From NCBI GenBank assembly GCA_964016885.1, contig OZ024752.1, positions 20,460,001 through 20,524,000 on the forward strand: DNA of 64,000 nucleotides. The letters are read 5' to 3'. Below the pieces are notes generated by a model. The model saw only the letters and a list, made by a program, of their open reading frames with translations, did no database searches and was not told the DNA's origin. The position numbers and the translations under genes were made by a program. Positions 53,801 through 64,000 of the stretch are shown in pieces (position 1 is the first letter of the stretch; the number at the start of each line of letters is the position of its first letter). This DNA comes from Eledone cirrhosa. Taxonomy: Eukaryota.

Positions 53801-56800
53801 CAAACCTGCCATATCTGGCCAGAATTTTCTAGCCTCTTTCTCTTCAAACCAGTCATACCCAGCCAGAACTCTTTCAGCCCTTTCTCTTCAAACCTGCCAT
53901 ATCTGAGCAGAATTCTCTCACTTCTTTCACTTCAAACCAGTCATATCCATCCAGAATTCTCTCACCTCTTTCTCTTCAAACCTGCCATATCTGGCCAGAA
54001 TTCTCTCACCTCTTTCTCTTCAAACCGGCCATATTAAGCCAGAATTCTCTCACCTCTTTCTCTTCAGACCAGTCATACCCAGCCAGAATTCTCTCACCTC
54101 TTTCTCTTCAAACCAGCCATATCCAGCCAGAATTCTCGCACCTCTTTCTCTTCAAACCTGCCATATCTGGCCAGAATTCTCTCACCTATTTCTCTTCAAA
54201 CTTGCCATATCTGGCCAGAATTCTCTAGCCTCTTTCTCTTCAAACCAGCCATATCCAGCCAGAATTCTCTCACCTCTTTCTCTTCAAACCTGCAATATCT
54301 GGCCAGAATTCTCTCACCTATTTCTCTTCAAACTTGCCATATCTGGCCAGAATTCTCTAGCCTCTTTCTCTTCAAACCAGTCATACCCAGCCAGAACTCT
54401 TTCACCCCTTTCTCTTCAAACCTGTCATATCTGGCCAGAATTCTCTCCCCTCTTTCTCTTCAAACCAGCCATATCCTTACAGAATTCTCTCACGTCTTTC
54501 TCTTCAAACCTGCCATATCAATCCAGAATTCTCTCACCTCTCTCTATTCAAACCTGCCATATCTGGCCAGAATTCTCTCACCTCTTTCTCTTCAAACCAT
54601 TCATATGCAGCCACTATACTCTGACCTCTTCTCTTCAAACCGGCCATATCCAACCAGAATTCTCTCACATCTTTCTCTTCAAACCAGCCATATCTGGCCA
54701 GAATTCTCTTACCTCTTTCTCTTCAAACCTGCCATATCTGGCCAGAATTCTCTAGCCTCTTTCTCTTCAAACCATTCATATCCAGCCAGTAATCTCTGAC
54801 CTCTTCTCTTCAAACTGGCCATATCCAACCAGAATTCTCTCACATCTTTCTCTTCAAATCAGTCATATCTGGCCAGAATTCTCTCACCTCCTTCTCTTCA
54901 AACCAACCATATCTGGTCAGAATTCTCTCACCTCTTTCTCTTCAAACCTCCCATATATGTGCCAGAATTCTCTCACACCTTTCTCTTCAAACCAGTCTTA
55001 TCTAGCCAGAATTCTCTCACCTCTTTCTCTTTAAACCGGCCATATCTGTCCAGAATTCTCTGACCTCTTTCTCTTCAAACCAGTCATACCCAGCCAGAAT
55101 TCTTTCACCCCTTTCTCTTCAAACCTGTCATATCTGGACAGAATTCTCTAACTTATTTCTCTTCAACCAGTCATATCTGGCCAGAATTCCCTCACCTCTT
55201 CTCTTCAAACCTGCCATATCTGGCCAGACTTCTCTAACCTGTTTCTTTTCAAACCAACATATCCAGCCAGAATTCTCTCACCTCTTTCTCTTCACACCTG
55301 CCATATTTGGCCAGAATTTTCTCACCTTTTTCTTTCCAAACCGCCCATATGTGGCCAGAATTCCCTCACCCCTTTCTCTTCAAACTAGTCATATCCAGCC
55401 AGAATTCTCTCACCCCTTTCTCTTCAAACCTGCCATATCTGACCAGATTTCTCTCACCTCTTTCTCTTCAAACCTGCCCTATCCAGCCAGAATTCTCTCA
55501 CCTCTTTCTCTTCAAACCTGCCATATCTGACCAGATTTCTCTCACCTCTTTCTCTTCAAACCTGCCCTATCCAGCCAGAATTCTCTCACCTCTTTCTCTT
55601 CACCCCGGCCATATCTGGCCAAAATTCTCTCATCTCTTTCTGTTCAAACCAGCCACATCCAGCCAGAATTCTCTCACCTCTTTCTCTTCAAACCAGTCAT
55701 ATCTGGCCAGAATTCTCTCACCTCTTTCTCTTCAAACCAGCCATATCCAGCCAGAATTCTCTCACGTCTTTCTCTTCAAACCTGCCATATCAAGCCAGAA
55801 TTCTCTCACCACTTTCTATTCAAACCTGCCATATCTGGCCAAAATTCTCTCACCTCTTTCTCTTCAAACCATTCAAATCCAGCCAGTATTCTCTCACCTC
55901 TTTCTCTTCAAACCAGCCATATCTGGCCAGAATTCTCTCACCTCTTTCTCTAAAAACTTGCCATATCTGGCCAGAATTCTCTCACCTCTTTCTCTTCAAA
56001 CCTGCCATATCCAGCCAGAATTCTCTCACCTCTTTCTCTTAAAACCTGCCATATCTTGCCAGAATTCTCTCACCTCTTTCTCTTAAAACCTGCCATATCT
56101 GTCCAGAATTCTCTCACCTCTTTCTCTTCAAATCAGTCATATCCAGCCAGAATTCTTTCACCGCTTTCTCTTCAAACCTGTCATATCTGGACAGAATTCT
56201 CTAACTTATTTCTCTTCAACCAGTCATATCTGGCCAGAATTCTCTCACCTCTTCTCTTCAAACCTGCCATATCTGGCCAAATTTCTCTCACCTCTTTCTC
56301 TTCAAATCAGTCATATCCAGCCTGATTTATTTCACCTCTTTCTCTTCACCCCGGCCATATCTGGCCAAAATTCTCTCATCTCTTTCTGTTCAAACCGGCC
56401 ACATCCAGCCAGAATTCTCTCACCTCTTTCTCTTCAAACCTGCCATATCTGACCAGAATTCTCTAGCCTCTTTCTCTTCAAACCATTCATATCCAGCCAG
56501 TATTCTCTGACCTCTTCTCTTCAAACCAGCCATATCCAGCCAGAATTCTCTCACCTCTTTCTCTTCAAACCTGCCATATCCAGCCAGAATTCTCACACCT
56601 CTTTCTCTTCAAACCTGCCATATCTTGCCAGAATTCTCTCACCTCTCTCTCTTCAAACCTGCCATATCTTGCCAGAATTCTCCCACCTCTTTCTCTTCAA
56701 ACCGGCCATATACAACCAGAATTCTCTCACCTCTTTCTCTTCAAACCAGCCATATCAAGCCAGAATTATCTCACGTCTTTCTCTTCAAACCTGCCATATC

Positions 56801-57179
56801 AAGCCAGGATTCTCTCACCACTTTCTATTCAAACCTGCCATATCTGGCCAGAATTCTCTCACCTCTTTCTCTTCAAACCATTCATATCCAGCCAGTATTC
56901 ACTCACATCTTTCTCTTCAAACCAGCCATATCTGGCCAGAATTCTCTCACCTCTTTCTCTTCAAACTTGCCATATCTGGCCAGAATTCTCTCACCTCTTT
57001 CTCTTCAAACCTGTCATATGCAGCCAGATGTCTCTCACTTCTTTCTCTTCAAACCTGCCATATCTGGCCAGAATTTTCTAGCCTCTTTCTCTTCAAACCA
57101 GTCATACCCAGCCAGAACTCTTTCAGCCCTTTCTCTTCAAACCAGTCATATCCAGCCAGATGTCTCTCACTTCTTTCTC

Positions 57180-60100
57180 TTCAAACCTGCAATATCTGGC
57201 CAGAATTCTCTCAGCTATTTCTCTTCAAACTTGCCATATCTGGCCAGAATTCTCTAGCCTCTTTCTCTTCAAACCAGTCATACCCAGCCAGAACTCTTTC
57301 ACCCCTTTCTCTTCAAACCTGTCATATCTGGCCAGAATTCTCTCCCCTCTTTCTCTTCAAACCAGACATATCCTTCCAGAATTCTCTCACGTCTTTCTCT
57401 TCAAACCTGCCATATCAATCCAGAATTCTCTCACCTCTCTCTATTCAAACCTGCCATATCTGGCCAGAATTCTCTCACCTCTTTCTCTTCAAACCATTCA
57501 TATGCAGCCAGTATACTCTGACCTCTTCTCTTCAAACCGGCCATATCCAACCAGAATTCTCTCACATCTTTCTCTTCAAACCAGCCATATCTGGCCAGAA
57601 TTCTCTCACCTATTTCTCTTCAAACTTGCCATATCTGGCCAGAATTCTCTAGCCTCTTTCTCTTCAAACCAGTCATACCCAGCCAGAACTCTTTCACCCC
57701 TTTCTCTTCAAACCTGTCATATCTGGCCAGAATTCTCTCCCCTCTTTCTCTTCAAACCAGACATATTCTTCCAGAATTCTCTCACGTCTTTCTCTTCAAA
57801 CCTGCCATATCAATCCAGAATTCTCTCACCTCTCTCTATTCAAACCTGCCATATCTGGCCAGAATTCTCTCACCTCTTTCTCTTCAAACCATTCATATGC
57901 AGCCAGTATACTCTGACCTCTTCTCTTCAAACTGGCCATATCCAACCAGAATTCTCTCACATCTTTCTCTTCAAACCTGTCATATCTGGCCAGAATTCTT
58001 TCACCTCTTTCTCTTCAAACCAACTATATCTGGTCAGAATTCTCTCACCTCTTTCTCTTCAAACCTCCCATATATGTGCCAGAATTCTCTCACCTCTTTC
58101 TCTTTAAACCGGCCATATCTGTCCAGAATTCTCTGACCTCTTTCTCTTCAAACCAGTCCTACCCAGCCAGAATTCTTTCACCCCTCTCTCTTCAAACCTG
58201 TCATATCTGGACAGAATTCTCTAACTTATTTCTCTTCAACCAGTCATAACTGGCCAGAATTCTCTCACCTCTTCTCTTCAAACCTGCCATATCTGGCCAG
58301 ACTTCTCTCACCTGTTTCTTTTCAAACCAGTCATATCCAGCCAGAATTCTCTCACCTCTTTCTCTTCACACCTGCCATATTTGGCCAGAATTTTCTCACC
58401 TTTTTCTTTCCAAACCGCCCATATGTGGCCAGAATTCTCCCACCCCTTTCTCTTCAAACCTGCCATATCCAGCCAGAATTCTCTCACCTCTTTCTCTTAA
58501 AACCTGCCATATCCAGCCAGAATTCTCTCACCTCTTTCTCTTAACACCTACCATATCTTGCCAGAATTCTCTCACGTCTTTCTCTTAAAACCTGCCATAT
58601 CCAACCAGAATTCTCTCACCTCTTTCTCTTAACACCTACCATATCTTGCCAGAATTCTCTCACGTCTTTCTCTTAAAACCTGCCATATCCAGCCAGAATT
58701 CTCTCACCTCTTTCTCTTAACACCTACCATATCTTGCCAGAATTCTCTCACCTCTTTCTCTTCAAACCAGTCATATCCAGCCAGATGTCTCTCACTTCTT
58801 TCTCTTCAAACCTGCCATATTTGGCCAGAATTCTCTAGCCTCTTTCTCTTCAAACCAGTCATACCCAGCCAGAACTCTTTCAGCCCTTTTCTTCAAACCT
58901 GTCATATCTTGCCAGAATTCTCTCACCTCTTTCTCTTCAAACCAGTCATACCCAGCCAGAATACTTTCACCCCTTTCTCTTCAAACCAGTCTTATCCAGC
59001 CAGAATTCTCTCACCTCTTTCTCTTCACACCTGCCATATTTGGCCAGAATTTTCTCACCTTTTTCTTTCCAAACCGCCCATATGTGGCCAGAATTCTCTC
59101 ACCCCTTTCTCTTCAAACCTGCCATATCTGACCAGATTTCTCTCACCTCTTTCTCTTCAAACTTGCCCTATCCAGCCAGAATTCTCTCACCTCTTTCTCT
59201 TCACCCCGGCCACATCTGGCCAAAATTCTCTCATCTCTTTCTGTTCAAACCGGCCACATCCAGCCAGAATTCTCTCACCTCTTTCTCTTCAAACCAGCCA
59301 TATCTGGCCAGAATTCTCTCACCCCTTTCTCTTCAAACCAGCCATATCTGACCAGATTTCTCTCACCTCTTTCTCTTCAAACTTGCCCTATCCAGCCAGA
59401 ATTCTCTCACCTCTTTCTCTTCACCCCGGCCATATCTGGCCAAAATTCTCTCATCTCTTTCTGTTCAAACCGGCCACATCCAGCCAGAATTCTCTCACCT
59501 CTTTCTCTTCAAACCAGTCATATCTGGCCAGAATTCTCTCACCTCTTTCTCTTCAAACCAGCCATATCCAGCCAGAATTCTCTCACGTCTTTCTCTTCAA
59601 ACCTGCCATATCAAGCCAGAATTCTCTCACCACTTTCTATTCAAACCTGCCATATCTGGCCAGAATTCTCTCACCTCTTTCTCTTCAAACCATTCATATC
59701 CAGCCAGTATTCTCTCACCTCTTTCTCTTCAAACCAGCCATATCTGGCCAGAATTCTCTCACCTCTTTCTCTTCAAACCTGCCATATCCAGCCAGAATTC
59801 TCTCACCTCTTTCTCTTCAAACCTGTCATATCTGGCCAGAATTCTCTCAACTCTTTCTCTTCAAACCAGTCATACCCAGCCAGAATACTTTCACCCCTTT
59901 CTCTTCAAACCAGTCATATCCAGCCAGATGTCTCTCACTTCTTTCTCTTCAAACCTGCCATATCTGGCCAGAATTCTCTAGCCTCTTTCTCTTCAAACCA
60001 GTCATACCCAGCCAGAACTCTTTCACCCCTTTCTCTTCAAACCTGTCATATCTGGCCAGAATTCTCACAACTCTTTCTCTTCAAACCAGTCATACCCAGC

Positions 60101-63080
60101 CAGAATACTTTCACCCCTTTCTCTTCAAACCAGTCATATCCAGCCAGATGTCTCTCACTTCTTTCTCTTCAAACCTGCCATATCTGGCCAGAATTCTCTA
60201 GCCTCTTTCTCTTCAAACCAGTCATACCCAGCCAGAACTCTTTCACCCCTTTCTCTTCAAACCTGTCATATCTGGCCAGAATTCTCTCACCTCTTTCTCT
60301 TCAAACCAGCCATATCTGGCCAGAATTCTCTCACGTCTTTCTCTTGAAACCATTCATATGCAGCCAGTATACTCTGACCTCTTCTCTTCAAACCGCCCAT
60401 ATCCAACCAGAATTCTCTCACATCTTTCTCGTCAAACCAGCCATATCTGGCCAGAATTCTCTTACCTCTTTCTCTTCAAACCAGCCATATCTGGCCAGAA
60501 TTCTCTTACCTCTTTCTCTTCAAACCTGCCATATCTGGCCAGAATTCTCTTACCTCTTTCTCTTCAAACCTGCCATATCTGGCCAGAATTCTCTCACCTC
60601 TTTCTCTTGAAACCATTCATATGCAGCCAGTATACTCTGACCTCTTCTCTTCAAACCGGCCATATCCAACCAGAATTCTCTCACATCTTTCTCGTCAAAC
60701 CAGCCATATCTGGCCAGAATTCTCTTACCTCTTTCTCTTCAAACCTGCCATATCTGGCCAGAATTCTCTTACCTCTTTCTCTTCAAACCTGCCATATCCA
60801 GCCAGTATTCTCTGACCTCTTCTCTTCAAACTGGACATATGCAACCAGAATTCTCTCACATCTTTCTCTTCAAACCAGCCATATCTGGCCAGAATTCTCT
60901 CACATCTTTCTCTTCAAACTTGCCATATCTGGCCAGATTTCTCTCACCTCTTTCTCTTCAAATCAGTCATATCCAGCCTGATTTATTTCACTTCTTTCCC
61001 TTCAAACCTGTCATATCTGGCCAGAATTCTCTTACCTCCTTCTCTTCAAACCAGCCATATCTGGCCAGAATTCTCTCACCTCTTTCTCTTCAAACTTGCC
61101 ATATCTGGCCAGAATTCTCTCACCTCTTTCTCTTCAAACCTGTCATATCCAGCCAGATGTCTCTCACTTCTTTCTCTTCAAACCTGCCATATCTGGCCAG
61201 AATTCTCTCACCTCTTTCTCTTCAAACCGGCCATATTAAGCCAGAATTCTCTCACCTCTTTCTCTTCAAACCGGCCATATTAAGCCAGAATTCTCTCACC
61301 TCTTTCTCTTCAAACCAGCCATATCCAGCCGGAATTCTCGCACCTCTTTCTCTTCAAACCTGCCATATCTTGTCAGAATTCTCTCACCTCTTTCTCTTCA
61401 AACCTGCAATATCTGGCCAGAATTCTCTCAGCTATTTCTCTTCAAACTTGCCATATCTGGCCAGAATTCTCTAGCCTCTTTCTCTTCAAACCAGTCATAC
61501 CCAGCCAGAACTCTTTCATCCCTTTCTCTTCAAACCTTCATATCTGGCCAGAATTCTCTCCCCTCTTTCTCTTCAAACCAGCCATATCTTTCCAGAATTC
61601 TCTCACGTCTTTCTCTTCAAACCTGCCATATCAATCCAGAATTCTCTCACCTCTCTCTATTCAAACCTGCCATATCTGGCCAGAATTCTCTCACCTCTTT
61701 CTCTTCAAACCATTCATATGCAGCCAGTATACTCTGACCTCTTCTCTTCAAACCGGCCATATCCAACCAGAATTCTCTCACATCTTTCTCTTCAAACCAG
61801 CCATATCTGGCCAGAATTCTCTCACCTATTTCTCTTCAAACTTGCCATATCTGGCCAGAATTCTCTAGCCTCTTTCTCTTCAAACCAGTCATACCCAGCC
61901 AGAACTCTTTCACCCCTTTCTCTTCAAACCTGTCATATCTGGCCAGAATTCTCTCCCCTCTTTCTCTTCAAACCAGCCATATCCTTCCAGAATTCTCTCA
62001 CGTCTTTCTCTTCAAACCTGCCATATCAATCCAGAATTCTCTCACCTCTCTCTATTCAAACCTGCCATATCTGGCCAGAATTCTCTCACCTCTTTCTCTT
62101 CAAACCATTCATATGCAGCCAGTATACTCTGACCTCTTCTCTTCAAACTGGCCATATCCAACCAGAATTCTCTCACATCTTTCTCTTCAAACCTGTCATA
62201 TCTGGCCAGAATTCTCTCACCTCTTTCTCTTCAAACCAACCATATCTGGTCAGAATTCTCTCACCTCTTTCTCTTCAAACCTCCCATATATGTGCCAGAA
62301 TTCTCTCACCTCTTTCTCTTTAAACCGGCCATATCTGTCCAGAATTCTCTGACCTCTTTCTCTTCAAACCAGTCCTACCCAGCCAGAATTCTTTCAACCC
62401 TTTCTCTTCAAACCTGTCATATCTGGACAGAATTCTCTAACTTATTTCTCTTCAACCAGTCATAACTGGCCAGAATTCTCTCACCTCTTCTCTTCAAACC
62501 TGCCATATCTGGCCAGACTTCTCTCACCTGTTTCTTTTCAAACCAGTCATATCCAGCCAGAATTCTCTCACCTCTTTCTCTTCACACCTGCCATATTTGG
62601 CCAGAATTTTCTCACCTTTTTCTTTCCAAACCGCCCATATGTGGCCAGAATTCTCTCACCCCTTTCTCTTCAAACCTGCCATATCCAGCCAGAATTCTCT
62701 CACCTCTTTCTCTTAAAACCTGCCATATCCAGCCAGAATTCTCTCACCTCTTTCTCTTAAAACCTGCCATATCTTGCTAGAATTCTCTCACGTCTTTCTC
62801 TTAAAACCTGCCATATCTGGCCAGAATTCTCTCACCTCTTTCTCTTCAAACCAGTCATATCCAGCCAGATGTCTCTCACTTCTTTCTCTTCAAACCTGCC
62901 ATATTTGGCCAGAATTCTCTAGCCTCTTTCTCTTCAAACCAGTCATACCCAGCCAGAACTCTTTCAGCCCTTTTCTTCAAACCTGTCATATCTGGCCAGA
63001 ATTCTCTCACCTCTTTCTCTTCAAACCAGTCATACCCAGCCAGAATACTTTCAACCCTTTCTCTTCAAACCAGTCTTCTC
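57180..63080. repeat. Higher-order duplication with ~4216-bp offset
   Basis: Near-identical ORFs at 57897/62113. Marker CCTGCAATATCTGGCCAGAATTCTCTCAGCTATTTC near 57186 and 61403. Confidence 0.75.
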
Positions 63081-64000
63081 CAGCCAGAATTCTCTCACCC
63101 CTTTCTCTTCAAACCAGCCATATCTGGCCAGAATTCTCTCACCCCTTTCTCTTCAAACCAGCCATATCTGACCAGATTTCTCTCACCTCTTTCTCTTCAA
63201 ACTTGCCCTATCCAGCCAGAATTCTCTCACCTCTTTCTCTTCACCCCGGCCATATCTGGCCAAAATTCTCTCATCTCTTTCTGTTCAAACCGGCCACATC
63301 CAGCCAGAATTCTCTCACCTCTTTCTCTTCAAACCAGTCATATCTGGCCAGAATTCTCTCACCTCTTTCTCTTCAAACCAGCCATATCCAGCCAGAATTC
63401 TCTCACGTCTTTCTCTTCAAACCTGCCATATCAAGCCAGAATTCTCTCACCACTTTCTATTCAAACCTGCCATATCTGGCCAGAATTCTCTCACCTCTTT
63501 CTCTTCAAACCATTCATATCCAGCCAGTATTCTCTCACCTCTTTCTCTTCAAACCAGCCATATCTGGCCAGAATTCTCTCACCTCTTTCTCTTCAAACCT
63601 GCCATATCCAGCCAGAATTCTCTCACCTCTTTCTCTTAAAACCTGCCATATCTTGCCAGAATTCTCTCACCTCTTTCTCTTCAAACCAGCCATATCTGGC
63701 CAGAATTCTCTCACCTCTTTCTCTTCAAACCTGCCATATCCAGCCAGAATTCTCTCACCACTTTCTATTCAAACCTGCCATATCTGGCCAGAATTCTCTC
63801 ACCTATTTCTCTTCAAACCATTCATATCCAGCCAGTATTCTCTCACCTCTTTCTCTTCAAACCAGCCATATCTGGCCAGAATTCTCTCACCTCTTTCTCT
63901 TCAAACCTGCCATATCCAGCCAGAATTCTCTCACCTCTTTCTCTTCAAACCTGTCATATCTGGCCAGAATTCTCTCAACTCTTTCTCTTCAAACCAGTCA

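Larger units (their letters stand above)
10414..64000. repeat. 44-bp tandem satellite array (~1,200 monomers, head-to-tail, open at the window end)
   Basis: Consensus CCAGAATTCTCTCACCTCTTTCTCTTCAAACCTGCCATAT(CCAG/CTGG). Most monomers contain an EcoRI site (GAATTC). No inversions or foreign insertions were seen, and occasional 42-43 bp deletion monomers occur. Confidence 0.99.

Noticed and set aside
10688-62352. Dozens of long + strand ORFs as real proteins
   Set aside because: They overlap in all three frames with the same cyclic peptide and are bounded by random indels and stops. The period is not a multiple of 3.
10414-64000. CRISPR-like array (constant ~30-bp repeat plus variable part) next to a reverse transcriptase
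   Set aside because: The variable 14 bp are point variants of one sequence, not unique spacers. There are no cas genes, the RT is a eukaryotic non-LTR type, and the context is eukaryotic satellite DNA.

Overview
This is eukaryotic, almost entirely repetitive DNA with no supportable host gene. The (TACA)n/(ATG)n microsatellites and SINE-like remnants resemble octopus/cephalopod repeats, but that assignment is from recollection and unverified. Positions 1-4776 hold a nearly G-free 8-bp minisatellite (CACYACHA) with internal higher-order periods. Positions 4777-6650 are an AT-rich spacer with microsatellites, a degenerate tandem duplication and decayed retroposon fragments. Positions ~6724-9837 are a 5'-truncated R4/Dong-clade non-LTR retrotransposon (RT, CCHC knuckle, PD-(D/E)xK restriction-like endonuclease) sitting inside (TACA)n, with one in-frame TAG. 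It is followed by a structured ~220-bp insert and a fragment of a second, divergent R4/Dong element, each starting at another (TACA)n tract. From 10414 to the window end there is a >53-kb array of about 1,200 copies of a 44-bp EcoRI-containing satellite with CpG-decay dimorphism and nested kb-scale duplications. The many long + strand ORFs in the array are artefacts of a stop-free monomer.
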